Source of the DNA: an archaeon
GTDB lineage: Archaea > Nanobdellota > Nanobdellia > Pacearchaeales > GW2011-AR1
Length of the DNA: 64,000 nt
Assembly (NCBI GenBank): GCA_030636025.1
Contig: DAOVXQ010000004.1
Span: 6,685 to 70,684 of the forward strand
Reading direction: 5' to 3'
How positions within the stretch are numbered: position 1 is the first letter of the stretch; the number at the start of each line of letters is the position of its first letter. A program made the translations under genes and the position numbers. Shown piece after piece: positions 9,707 to 20,400 of this stretch. The notes under the pieces were generated by a model. It saw only the letters and a list, made by a program, of their open reading frames with translations, was not told where the DNA came from and did not search any database.

Positions 9707-11452
9707 TTATTCCAGAATAGCTTTAATCCGTCTCACTCCTGCACTAGAAGATTCTTCTTTTTTTATTTTAAAAGTTCCGAGTTCACTTGTGTTTTTTACA
9801 TGAGGGCCTGCACAAATTTCTTTAGAAAAATTTCCAATGCTGTAAACAGAAACATTTGCACCATATTTATCTTCAAAAACCCCCTGAGCATCTTCTTTTT
9901 TAGCTTCTTCAAAAGTTTTGTGTTCACAAATTATTGGTAGTTTTTCCTGAATTTTTTTATTAACTAAATCTTCAACTGCTTGTTTTTCTTCTGAAGTTAA
10001 TTTTCTATCAAAATTAAAATCAAATCTTAATCTTTCTGCAGTTATATTTGAACCTTTTTGAAATATGTCTGGTTTTTTAAGAACTTCTCTTAATGCCTGA
10101 TTTAATAAATGTGTTGCAGTATGAAGTTTTTTTGTTGATTCTGAATTATCTACTAATCCTGATTTAAATTTTCCTTCTGTTGCTGTTTTTGAAAGTTGTT
10201 GATGAATTTTTTGTTTTTTATAAAATTCTTTTTCATTTACTTTAATTGATTTTTCATTTGCTAATTCAGTTGTAATCTCTAATGGAAATCCATAAGATTG
10301 ATATAATAAAAATGCATCTTTTCCTGAAAGTGATTTTTTATTTTTTGTTAATTTATTAAATATTTTTATTCCTTGTTCAATTGTCTGATTAAATTTTTCT
10401 TCTTCTTTTTCTAATTCATTTAGAATTTTATCCTTATTTTTTTGCAGGTGTTTATAATCATCATATATTTTGAAAATAGGTTTTGCAATTTTTTTTGTGA
10501 AATTAGTTAAACCAAGATTTTTTCCATGCCTAATTGCTCTTCTGATTAATCTTCTTACAATATATCCTTGTTCTAAATTTCCAGGAGGAATCCCGTCTGC
10601 AATTATAAATACTGCAGATTTAATATGGTCGGCGATTATTCGCATCGTTTTTTCGTTTCCTTTGTATGATTTTTTTGATTTTTTTTCTATTTGTTTTATT
10701 ATTGGCTGCCAAATTTCAGTTAAATAATTGTCTTCTAAATTATTTAATACTGCGATGGTTCTTTCAACCCCCATTCCAGTATCAATGTTTTTTTGTTTTG
10801 CTGGATTATAATTTCCTATTTCATCTTTATTATACTGCATTAAAACATCATTCCATATTTCTACCCAGTTTTTATCTTCTGGATTAAATTCTTTGGGGGC
10901 GGGTTTGTTATTTGATTTCCAATAAAACATTTCTGTATCTGGACCACAAGGGCCGGTTTTTCCTGCAGGACCCCACCAATTATCTTCTTTTCCTAAGAAT
11001 GCAATTCTTTGTTTTGGGATTCCTAAAGATTCCCAGATTTTTGCAGATTCTTCATCTTTTTGAGCATCTTTATCTCCTTTGAAAACTGTTACTGCTAATT
11101 TTTCAATAGGAATTTCCAGAACCTTTGTTAAGAATTCAAATGAAAATTTAATTGCATCTTTTTTAAAATAATCTCCTAAAGACCAGTTGCCTAACATTTC
11201 AAAAAAAGTGTGGTGGGTAGTATTTCCTACTTCATTAATATCTCCTGTTCTAATGCATTTTTGAACATTTACTAATCTTTTTCCTTGAGGATGTTGCTGT
11301 CCAAGAAGATAAGGAACTAAGGGGTGCATTCCTGCTGTTGTAAACAAAACTGTTGGGTCGTTTTCAGGAATTAAACTAGTATTAGGTATTTCTTTATGGT
11401 CTTTAGACTTGAAAAATTCAATATATTTTTTTATTAATTGTTTTCTGTTCAT
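9707..11452 (-). CDS. alaS: alanyl-tRNA synthetase, short form lacking C-Ala
   Basis: LFTTAGM, HHTFFEMLGN, IDTGMGVER, HTATH/CAGPH editing motifs; 581 aa. Confidence 0.98.
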   Translation of the reverse strand: MNRKQLIKKYIEFFKSKDHKEIPNTSLIPENDPTVLFTTAGMHPLVPYLLGQQHPQGKRLVNVQKCIRTGDINEVGNTTHHTFFEMLGNWSLGDYFKKDAIKFSFEFLTKVLEIPIEKLAVTVFKGDKDAQKDEESAKIWESLGIPKQRIAFLGKEDNWWGPAGKTGPCGPDTEMFYWKSNNKPAPKEFNPEDKNWVEIWNDVLMQYNKDEIGNYNPAKQKNIDTGMGVERTIAVLNNLEDNYLTEIWQPIIKQIEKKSKKSYKGNEKTMRIIADHIKSAVFIIADGIPPGNLEQGYIVRRLIRRAIRHGKNLGLTNFTKKIAKPIFKIYDDYKHLQKNKDKILNELEKEEEKFNQTIEQGIKIFNKLTKNKKSLSGKDAFLLYQSYGFPLEITTELANEKSIKVNEKEFYKKQKIHQQLSKTATEGKFKSGLVDNSESTKKLHTATHLLNQALREVLKKPDIFQKGSNITAERLRFDFNFDRKLTSEEKQAVEDLVNKKIQEKLPIICEHKTFEEAKKEDAQGVFEDKYGANVSVYSIGNFSKEICAGPHVKNTSELGTFKIKKEESSSAGVRRIKAILE

Positions 11453-11526
11453 TATTTAAAGAGGTTTAATGGATTTTTAAATTATAGTATACAAATTTTT
11501 ATAAGCTTAAAAGAGAATTTTAGATT

Positions 11527-11766
11527 ATGGCTAAAAAAATAGAAGATAATGTTTTTGATGATATTGGTATAGAATGTGTGGGGATTTATGGTCTTCCATT
11601 TGAAAATGCAAATGTAAACTTAATTATTTATGAATCTGGAAAAGGAGATTTTAATTGTAAGTATTTATTGCCGAGAAATTTTTGTGATAATTTGAAAGAT
11701 GAATATAAGGATTATGAAAGAAAAAAATGTCCTTATGCGGGAATATTAAAAGGAAATCATAGTTAA
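11527..11766 (+). CDS. small Cys-containing orphan protein
   Basis: ORF with own TATA; stop abuts the convergent gene. Confidence 0.6.
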   Translation: MAKKIEDNVFDDIGIECVGIYGLPFENANVNLIIYESGKGDFNCKYLLPRNFCDNLKDEYKDYERKKCPYAGILKGNHS

Positions 11767-12093
11767 TTATTTTAACTTTGCTAATTTATTTTTTATCTCA
11801 TCTAATTGTTCTCTGATGCCCTCTTCTTTTTCAGTTCTGTGATTTTTTCTTTTGTAATTTTTTAGTTTTGTTTCTTGTTCTGGGAATTTTGACTGAATTA
11901 AATTTAATTTAGATTTCAGCGAGGTTATAGAAGTTTTTAATTTGTTTTTTGTTGCAGTTTCTCTTTTTCTTAAAATTTTATAATTTTTTATTCTTTTTAT
12001 TGTATGGAGCAGATTTAGTTCGCATGATAAGAGTTGTTTTTTCGCAGAGAGTGCGCCTTCATAATTTAATTTGATGTGTCTTGTTTCTGCCAT
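11767..12093 (-). CDS. coiled-coil conserved hypothetical protein
   Basis: ORF track; heptad pattern; 5 nt from next gene. Confidence 0.75.
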   Translation of the reverse strand: MAETRHIKLNYEGALSAKKQLLSCELNLLHTIKRIKNYKILRKRETATKNKLKTSITSLKSKLNLIQSKFPEQETKLKNYKRKNHRTEKEEGIREQLDEIKNKLAKLK

Positions 12094-12098
12094 TAGAA

Positions 12099-12659
12099 TT
12101 AATCCAATTTATTAAAAATGTTTTTATCAACTGCCTCTATTCTTGATTTAATAATTTGAATTTCTTTTTCCCATTCTTCTAATTCTTGTTCTTCTTTGAT
12201 TTTTATTTCTCTTGTTTTTCTTAGTAGTTCCTCTATTTCATTAATTTTTTCTCTGATTTCATCAAATGTTTCTACAGCATTTTCAAATTTATCTAAACGA
12301 ATGAAAATTGGTTCTGCTTTTTTAATTGACTGTTTGGGAAAGTAGATATTTTGGGGCATTTCAACTGTTCTTGGCTCTTGGATTTGCGATGCTGTTGGTT
12401 CTTTTAATGTTGGTTGTTTTAGTGGTGCAAATTGAGATTTTTGAAATCCAGGTTCAGGAAGAGGAGCGATTTCTGGTTTGATTGTTTTTTGTTCTGGTAA
12501 TTCTGGAAGTTTTTGGGTTTCTATTTCTGGCAGTCCCTCAGGTACATTTGGCAATTCATTTTGAGAAGGAAAATTCATATCATTAGATTCTGGTAATTCT
12601 GGTAATCCTGACAATTCGGTATCCTCACCCTCTTTTTTATTTTTACTAAACCAACTCAT
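12099..12659 (-). CDS. Pro/Glu-rich protein with C-terminal coiled coil
   Basis: LPELPE repeats then PIFIRLDKF and a coiled coil. Confidence 0.8.
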   Translation of the reverse strand: MSWFSKNKKEGEDTELSGLPELPESNDMNFPSQNELPNVPEGLPEIETQKLPELPEQKTIKPEIAPLPEPGFQKSQFAPLKQPTLKEPTASQIQEPRTVEMPQNIYFPKQSIKKAEPIFIRLDKFENAVETFDEIREKINEIEELLRKTREIKIKEEQELEEWEKEIQIIKSRIEAVDKNIFNKLD

Positions 12660-12791
12660 ATTTAAATATCATGAAAGTTTTTTAAATAGCTTTGCATAAA
12701 TTTTAAAGTAGTAACACCCTTAATCGAGGAGAAATTTAATTTGATGCCAAAGTTTATAAAGTTTAAGGATTTTTAGTTTGATAATTCAAAA

Positions 12792-13592
12792 ATGCAGATT
12801 AAATTTCTAAAATTAATCATTGAACATCTGGCAGGTAAACAGGCAGTTCCAATTGTAGATTTGTTGGCAACAAAAAAGGATGTGAACGAATTTTTGATTG
12901 CAAAGAAGTTGGATTTGACAATTAACCAGACGAGGAATATCTTGTATCGGCTTTCTGATTTTGGTTTGGTTTCTTTTATTCGGAAAAAAGATAAACGAAA
13001 GGGATGGTATATTTACTTTTGGACATTGAATGTCCACGAATCATTAAATTTGCTTTGGAAAAAATTGAATCAAGAGTTGAGTCAATTGAATTCTCAATTA
13101 AAATGCAGAAAAGAAAAAAGATATTATAATTGCAATACTTGCTGTGTTGAAGTTACAGAGGAAGTTGCATTGTTGAATAATTTTACTTGTCCTGAATGTG
13201 AAGAGGTTTATGAATTATCTGAGAATGAAAAAATTATTAAAAAAATTGAAAGAGGGATTTCTAAGTTGGAAAGAGAGATTAAATTTGTTTCTGAAGAGAG
13301 AGATAAAGAAGGAGAAAAAATTCAGAAAAAAAAGGCAAAGAAAATTAAAAAAGCAGAGAAGGAGAGAGTTGAAGCAAGAATTAAAAAAAGAGCACTTATG
13401 AAAAAACTTAGGGATGCTGTAAAAAAGAAAGAGGGAAAGAAAGTTAAAAAGAAAGTTGTTAAAAAGAAATCTGCGAAAAAGAAAGCAAAGCAGATTAAGA
13501 AAAAAGTTGTAAAGAAAAAAATAAAGAAAAAAGTTGTGAAAAAAGTTTCTAAATTGATTGGTAAATTGAAAAAAAAGGCAAAGAAAAAATGA
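12792..13592 (+). CDS. tfe: transcription factor E (TFE alpha) with Lys-rich tail
   Basis: Winged helix (EFLIAKKL..TRNILYRL..KGWYIYFW) plus CxxC...FTCPEC zinc ribbon. Confidence 0.9.
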   Translation: MQIKFLKLIIEHLAGKQAVPIVDLLATKKDVNEFLIAKKLDLTINQTRNILYRLSDFGLVSFIRKKDKRKGWYIYFWTLNVHESLNLLWKKLNQELSQLNSQLKCRKEKRYYNCNTCCVEVTEEVALLNNFTCPECEEVYELSENEKIIKKIERGISKLEREIKFVSEERDKEGEKIQKKKAKKIKKAEKERVEARIKKRALMKKLRDAVKKKEGKKVKKKVVKKKSAKKKAKQIKKKVVKKKIKKKVVKKVSKLIGKLKKKAKKK

Positions 13593-14308
13593 ATCGGAAT
13601 TTGAGAGTTTATACTTCTGGGAAATTGGATGGGGGCAAAGGGATTGACAATTTTTTTAGAAAACATAGTGTGACCACGTGGTTTATTATTGTTAATGTTG
13701 TGGCTTTTATAATGGCGACTTTTTTGATGGGTGTTATTGGAGAGGAGTTTATTTCCTGGATTGCGATTCAACCTAATGCGTTTTTTTCAGGGATGGTCTG
13801 GACTTTATTGACGAGCATGTTTATGCATGGGAATTTTTCTCATTTGCTTGTTAATATGGTTTCATTATTTTTTATTGGAAATTTTGTTGAAAAGTTGATT
13901 GGCAGAAAAAGATTTTTCTGGCTGTATATGGCTTCGGGAATTTTTGCTGGGTTGTTTTTTGTTTTTTTGGCATATTTTTTTGGCATAACTGAATGGGGGG
14001 TGAAGATTTTTGGAAGTCCAGAGGTTTTTGCTGTTGGTGCAAGTGGAGCTATTTTTGCTTTAGGAGGTTTGCTTGCGGTTTTGACACCGAGGTTAAAAGT
14101 TTATGTTTTCTTTATTTTGCCAATGCAAATGTGGCTTGCAATAGTTGTTTTGTTAGGTGTTTTATGGGTTGCCTCAATAAGTGCGGGATTGCCTTTTGGA
14201 AACACTGCTCATTTAGGAGGGTTGCTTGTTGGTTTGGGTTATGGTTTTTATTTAAAGAAAAAATATAAAAGAAAGACACAGATGATTGCAAAATATTTTA
14301 GTGGTTAA
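13589..14308 (+). CDS. rhomboid intramembrane serine protease
   Basis: HLLVNM, GASGA, HLGG catalytic motifs. Confidence 0.95.
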   Translation: MNRNLRVYTSGKLDGGKGIDNFFRKHSVTTWFIIVNVVAFIMATFLMGVIGEEFISWIAIQPNAFFSGMVWTLLTSMFMHGNFSHLLVNMVSLFFIGNFVEKLIGRKRFFWLYMASGIFAGLFFVFLAYFFGITEWGVKIFGSPEVFAVGASGAIFALGGLLAVLTPRLKVYVFFILPMQMWLAIVVLLGVLWVASISAGLPFGNTAHLGGLLVGLGYGFYLKKKYKRKTQMIAKYFSG

Positions 14309-14424
14309 TGTTTTGTTTAACGCAATTTCTAATCTTTTCCTAAGTTTTTTAGAATTATTTATCGGTAGTAAATTTTACTTGGAAACTTTAGATAATATTT
14401 CTGACTAAATGAAATTGTTGAGAA

Positions 14425-14850
14425 TTAAAAAATATATTTGTGGCCTTTTTTCGCTCTTTCATAACTTTGCATTATTGCTTCTGGTGAAACTCTTAAATCA
14501 ATCACAGGGTCAGAGGTATTGTTTTGTAGCCTTGGTTTTCTTGCTTGGAAGATTGCATCTGCTACTTTATCTGCTACACCGTATGCTGGACTTGGTGTTG
14601 AATTTGAGTTATGTTCATGATAGTTTTTCCATTGCTTTAATCTAAATGTTACTATGTTGACTACACTTGCGCCAGATATTTCAAATTTAAGTTTGTTTTT
14701 GTTTGTCATATGGGGTGAATGCACACGGCATTTATAAATCTTTCGTTTTCTTACTACTTCAAAGTTACTCTTAAAATTTTCAACAACTACAACAAAGCAT
14801 TTTCTGAGATTTGAAAACCCTTCTGGATTTTTTGATGTGTGGTGACACAT
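14425..14850 (-). CDS. hypothetical protein (start uncertain, possibly degraded)
   Basis: ORF track only. Confidence 0.4.
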   Translation of the reverse strand: MCHHTSKNPEGFSNLRKCFVVVVENFKSNFEVVRKRKIYKCRVHSPHMTNKNKLKFEISGASVVNIVTFRLKQWKNYHEHNSNSTPSPAYGVADKVADAIFQARKPRLQNNTSDPVIDLRVSPEAIMQSYERAKKGHKYIF

Positions 14851-14903
14851 TGTTTTTTAATAATTTCCCTTAATTTTATAAACTAATTTTGGTTTAAGAT
14901 TTT

Positions 14904-15497
14904 ATGAAAAAGAGTAAAAAGGATGATTGTTTTATTTTTAGAAATTTTAATTTAAGTTTAAAATATTTGAATGAGATTAAAAATTATGTCTGGTTTTCAT
15001 TGGCTGTATTTTTGGTTTTTGGATTGATTGGTTTTTTGTTTCCTGTTTTTTTTGAAGAGCAAATTTTGAATTTAATTAAAGAACTTATTGAGAAAACTGA
15101 AGGGTTGGGTTTAATTGGATTAATTAGATTTATTTTTTTGAATAATTTAAAAAGCAGTTTTTTTGCAATGGGCTTAGGGATTTTTTTTGGAGTTCTTCCT
15201 CTTTTGATTCTAATTGTAAATGGTTATGTTCTTGGTTTTGTTGCGAGTAAAACTGTTGCTATTGAAGGAATTTCTATTTTGTGGAGATTATTGCCTCATG
15301 GAATATTTGAAATTCCAGCTATAATGATTAGTGCAGGACTGGGATTGAAATTAGGGACATTCTTATTTGTTAAACATAAAAAAGGAGATTTTAAGCAATG
15401 GCTGTTGAATTCTTTAAGAGTTTTTTTGTTTATTGTTGTTCCATTATTAATTGTTGCAGGAATAATTGAAGGTTTGTTGATAATTGCTTTGAATTGA
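14904..15497 (+). CDS. SpoIIM / DUF95 family membrane protein
   Basis: IFLNN, NGYVLG, LPHGIFEIPA, AGIIE motifs. Confidence 0.92.
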   Translation: MKKSKKDDCFIFRNFNLSLKYLNEIKNYVWFSLAVFLVFGLIGFLFPVFFEEQILNLIKELIEKTEGLGLIGLIRFIFLNNLKSSFFAMGLGIFFGVLPLLILIVNGYVLGFVASKTVAIEGISILWRLLPHGIFEIPAIMISAGLGLKLGTFLFVKHKKGDFKQWLLNSLRVFLFIVVPLLIVAGIIEGLLIIALN

Positions 15498-15546
15498 TTG
15501 TTTTTTAGAATAGGTTTGTTTTTAAATTAAGTTGATTAAACGAATA

Positions 15547-15906
15547 ATGACAGAAGAATTTTGGACTGATGAAAATGGGGAGAGGGTAGAATTTATTCCT
15601 TTTTTTAGTGAGTTGTATAGGGATGACATATCCCGGGGATTAGATTCTAAGTATATTCTTAAAACATGTTCAGATTATTGCACATTTCATACAGGTAAGC
15701 CTCAAGAAGAACATTTTTTAGGAGAACTATTTCGTATTTGTAAGACAGTAGGTTATTTTGTTGGATTTAAAAAAGAGGATTTAGATGCCTATGATAATTT
15801 TCATAATGCTGGGCTTCCAGATAGTTTTCTTAGGTTAAAAAAGGTTAAAGGAATTGAAGTTTTGTTTTTGACAGAAGAGACTATTAGAAGAATCAGAACC
15901 ATTTAA
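15547..15906 (+). CDS. orphan hypothetical protein
   Basis: ORF track; ATG 15547 after a TATA-like tttaaa. Confidence 0.6.
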   Translation: MTEEFWTDENGERVEFIPFFSELYRDDISRGLDSKYILKTCSDYCTFHTGKPQEEHFLGELFRICKTVGYFVGFKKEDLDAYDNFHNAGLPDSFLRLKKVKGIEVLFLTEETIRRIRTI

Positions 15907-16009
15907 TTAGTCGTTTTTATTTCTCGAATTCTTTTAAATTAGTTTGTTGAAAAAAATTGATTCATAAAATTAGGAAAAGACTTCTATATAAATTAATTGT
16001 GGGGTTTGA

Positions 16010-16195
16010 TTATTCTTTTAAATCACTAATGCCGAGCATAAGAAATAACAATCCAATAAGGATTACAAACCAAACTAGTCCGCCCTTGAAAAAAGTTAGT
16101 GCTGCGTCTCCTATGCCCCAGACATTTGTCAACCAAGCATAGATTGGTGCAATTACTAATATTAATCCAAGCAAAATTTCTAACCATTTATTCAT
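16010..16195 (-). CDS. small 2-TM membrane protein
   Basis: Two hydrophobic helices, C-terminal GISDLKE. Confidence 0.8.
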   Translation of the reverse strand: MNKWLEILLGLILVIAPIYAWLTNVWGIGDAALTFFKGGLVWFVILIGLLFLMLGISDLKE

Positions 16196-16339
16196 TGTAT
16201 TAAAATAAATTAATATTTATTTATAAAGATTTATGTTGTTTTTTATAACCTATTGTATGGGTTGAAATGGTTTATTGAAATGTTTTTAATATTTATTTTT
16301 TATATAAATTTATAAATAGGTATAAATTTTAATTAATTC

Positions 16340-17365
16340 ATGGAACAAAAAGATTTAACTAAATTAAATATTCTTAAGCGACTTAGTCCTGGGACTGGGT
16401 TGAGAGAGGGTCTTGATGATATTCTTCGTGGGAAGCATGGGGCTTTGATTGTTATTGGAAATCCTGCTGTTGCGAATCTTTTTGAAGGGGGTTTTAGGGT
16501 GAATTGTAAATTTAATTCAAAGAGATTAGCAGAGTTAGCTAAGATGGATGGGGCGATTATATTGTCTGAGGATTTTAAGAAAATTCTTTATGCAAATACT
16601 TTTTTAGTTCCAGACAGGACACTTAGCACTATTGAAACTGGGACAAGGCATCAGGCAGCTGAAAGAACTGCTAAACAGATAAATGGGTTGGTTATTGCTG
16701 TTTCTGAAAGAAGAGAGAAAATTACGGTCTATTATAAAAATAGCAAGTTTAGTGTGCAGCCCTCTACAGAGTTGTTAAGGAGGGCTACTGAGACATTGCA
16801 GATTTTAGAAAAACAAAGAGAGGTTTTTGATGAGTTGATTAGTAATTTGAATGTTTTAGAAGTTACAAATTTGGTTTCTGTTAGTGATGTTTGCTCAATG
16901 CTTCAAAGAATGGAGATTATTAAAAAGATGGCAGATATTATCAATGAATATATTGTTGCATTGGGGCGGGAGGGAATTATTGTAAGAATGAGGATGAAAG
17001 AGCTGGTTAAAGGAATTAATAAGGAAAAAGAATTTATTATTCAGGATTATGATATAAAAAATAATAAATTGAAGCAATTTTTTGAACTTAATTTTGAGAA
17101 TTTGTTGGGGGCAGATAATGTTGCAAGTATTCTTTTTGGAGATTCTTCTGAAACAAGTATTTCTCCGAAGGGTTATAGAATTTTAAATAAAACCAGTTTA
17201 AATGAACCTGAAATTGATAATTTGATGAATAATTTTAAAAATTTTGAGGAAATATTAGATAAAGATGATGGGAAAATTAAACAAGTTCTTGGTGAGAAAA
17301 CAGATGTTTTTCAAAAAGAGATTGCGAAGTTGAGGGAGCAAATAATGATTGGGAAGAAGATTTAG
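16340..17365 (+). CDS. disA: DNA integrity scanning diadenylate cyclase DisA
   Basis: PGTxLREG, ELAKMDGA, ETGTRH, linker, PKGYRIL and HhH-like C-terminus. Confidence 0.9.
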   Translation: MEQKDLTKLNILKRLSPGTGLREGLDDILRGKHGALIVIGNPAVANLFEGGFRVNCKFNSKRLAELAKMDGAIILSEDFKKILYANTFLVPDRTLSTIETGTRHQAAERTAKQINGLVIAVSERREKITVYYKNSKFSVQPSTELLRRATETLQILEKQREVFDELISNLNVLEVTNLVSVSDVCSMLQRMEIIKKMADIINEYIVALGREGIIVRMRMKELVKGINKEKEFIIQDYDIKNNKLKQFFELNFENLLGADNVASILFGDSSETSISPKGYRILNKTSLNEPEIDNLMNNFKNFEEILDKDDGKIKQVLGEKTDVFQKEIAKLREQIMIGKKI

Positions 17366-17453
17366 GTAGTGTAAATATTTTTTTTATTTTTCCAAGATTG
17401 TAAATGTTTTCGTAGGTTTTTTAAACTTGAGATTCGTGTTTACACTACAAAAA

Positions 17454-20400
17454 ATGGTGTATAAGAGGTATATAAAACGAAAGGGAAAACTTTGTGGTCC
17501 ATATTATTATGAAAGTTATAGAGGCGAAGATGGAAAAGTTCATTCAAGATATTTGGCTAATTATAAACCTAAGAAAAATCATAAGAAATTATTTTTGATT
17601 TTAGGAATTGTTTTTGGAATTTTTATTTTATTATTGGCAGGAAACATAAATTATAGTCTAACTGGAAAGGTTGTTTCAAATGTGACTGAAGTTGATTTGG
17701 AAATTGCTGGAAAAATGGCTGAAAAGAAGTTGGTTAGTAGCAAGGATATACGGGAACATATTGGTTTGAATGTTAAACAAGGGATTTTTGAGGAGAATAA
17801 GGTGATGGAGTTTGATTTGCCTGAGGGAAAAGTTGAATTAGAATTTGATTTATTGGACTATGGTTCTTGGGAGGAAAGCGATGTTGAGAGCGAGGTTGAG
17901 GCAGAGAATTTTGATATTTTGGTTGAGGAAAGTTCTGAGAAATATAAATGGGGGTATGATATTAAATTGAATGATTTGAATTTTATGGCTCGGATTGATG
18001 TTAAAAGTTCGGATAATATTAAGATAATTGATAATCAAACATTAAAAATAGGAAATAGTTATATTAGTTTTTCTGATTTAGCTGATGAAGGTTATAGTTT
18101 GAGTGTGGATAGTCCTGTTGTTTTGAGTGAGGTTAATGTTTCTTTAGATGAATTGAATGTGAGCGAGGTTAATGTGAGTGAGATGAATGTTACTGAAATT
18201 GTTGTTAATGAGAGTGAAATAGATACTGGTGAAAACATAACCAGTATTGTGAATGAAAGTTTGCCGGAGGTTATTGGAAATATAAGTGAAGAGATAAACA
18301 TAACTCTGCCTGAAGAAAATATTATTCAAGAAATAAATGAAACAATAGAAACTAATTTGTCTGAAGAGTTAGAAAGTGAAATTGATGAAATAGATATCGA
18401 GGAAGTTGAAGTAGAAGATGTGGAAATTGAAGTAGAAGATGTGGAAATTGAAGTAGAAGATGTGGAAGATGTAGAACAACCAATTGAAGAAAAAGAAAAT
18501 GATGAAGGAGATGTAGTTGGAATAACTGGAAATATAATTCGAGGGTTAACGGGTTTTGTTGTTAATGGGTTTGGGGGCATAACGGGGTTTGCTGTTCAAG
18601 AGCAGAGAACTGTTTCAATTTATATTCAGAGGGATTTTTCCCTAAGGGATGACTCTGGTGAGCCTAATGGGACAAATGTAAGTGTGGGAGATATGATTAA
18701 TCTTGACCCGTTTATAATTATTTTAATTTCAAAAGCAGAGCACTTGGATGAAAACAGGGGGTTTGTTTCGGATATTTATGATGAGGTTAAGGAAAAAGAT
18801 GGAAATTGGAGTGAGATAATTGGGGGTGGCGAGTATGTTCGGGTTACATTTGAGGAGAATTTGACAATGGACAAGGATATAACTTTGTTTGCAAGAGGGG
18901 TTGGAGGTAATGCACAAATTGAAGTTTATAGAAAAGAGGGTAATGAGGTTATTGCTTTGTTTGAAAATATCAGTGAAGAAAATTGGTATAAGATTTATTT
19001 AACTAATTTAGGTGTGGAGGTTAATGAAGATGTTTTTGATTTGAAAGTTCTTGGAAGTGTGGAGTTTGATTATATTGTTGACCCTGTTGGAGATAATGGG
19101 ACAGCTACTGATGGGAATACGGTGTTTAGGTGTGGGACAATTACTGAAAGTGGGGTTTTTGTGATGAATCAGTCTATTACAAATAATAGTTTGACAGGAG
19201 ATTGCATTAATATAACTGTTGCAAATGTGGAGCTTAATTGTAATGGAAGTTATATTTCAAGTAATGGTTCTTATACAGGCATTTATTCTGACCAGTTGAA
19301 TACAACGATTAGAAATTGCAATATTAGTGTGGGGGCAGGTTCTGGAGGTTATGGGATTGAATTAAATAATGCAAATAATTCTTATGTTTATAATAATACT
19401 TTGAATGAGCAGAATAGGGGATTATATTTATTTTCAACTAATAATTCCATAATAGAAAACAATACTGTAAATCTAAATAGTTATGGGATATATATTTTAG
19501 AAAGTTTAAATAATAATTTAACAAATAACACTGTAAATTCAAATTCAAATGAAGGAATTTATATTATAGATAGTCTCTCTCACACTTTAACAAATAATAT
19601 AGCAAATAACAATATTAAAGATGGAATAGAACTTGCTGAATGGGTAGTGGGGGAAGATCTTATTAATGAAGGACATATTTTAACAAACAATATTGCAAAT
19701 AATAATAGTGATAGCGGGATAGTTATTTCAAGAGTAGATTATAGTATTTTGACAAATAACACTGCAAATTTAAATGGAGATAATGGGATTACTAATATAA
19801 ATGGATATAATAATAATTTAACAAATAATACTTTAAATTCAAATGCTTGGGGGATATCTTTGAGTGGACCTTCAAATATATTGTTAAACAATAATATTTG
19901 GAATTGTACTGATTCATCTTATGGCTGTTTAAATCTTTGGTCGTCAGAAAATAATGTGATTTCTGGAGGGATTATTAATTTGTCTGCAGGTTATTTAATT
20001 CATATGGAATCAGATTTAACCCCTGGAGATAATAATCGGTTTATTGATATCCAGTTAATTGGAGCAACATTAAATGATACTTATTTATTTGGCAATACTA
20101 TAAACCACACTTTCTTAAATTGCTCTTATAATTCTTCAAAAGAATATGTGGAAACAGGGAGCGAGCTAATCAGAAAATGGTACTACCAAGCATATGTTAA
20201 TGACACTTCTGGGAATGCTGTTTCTGGTGCAGATGTTTTGGGTTATAATGTGTCAGGGAGTTTAGATTTTAATGCAACTACTAATTCGAGTGGGTGGATA
20301 AATAAAACAGAAGTGACAGAGTATGTTAATTCAGGCGGGACAAAGAGTTATTATTCTTTGTATAGTGTTAATGCGAGAAATTCGAGTTATGCTGACGGGA

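Noticed and set aside
8543-9772. alaS-end repeat as DGR template/variable repeat
   Set aside because: No reverse transcriptase in the window; the 4 mismatches are not confined to adenines of one copy and are mostly synonymous
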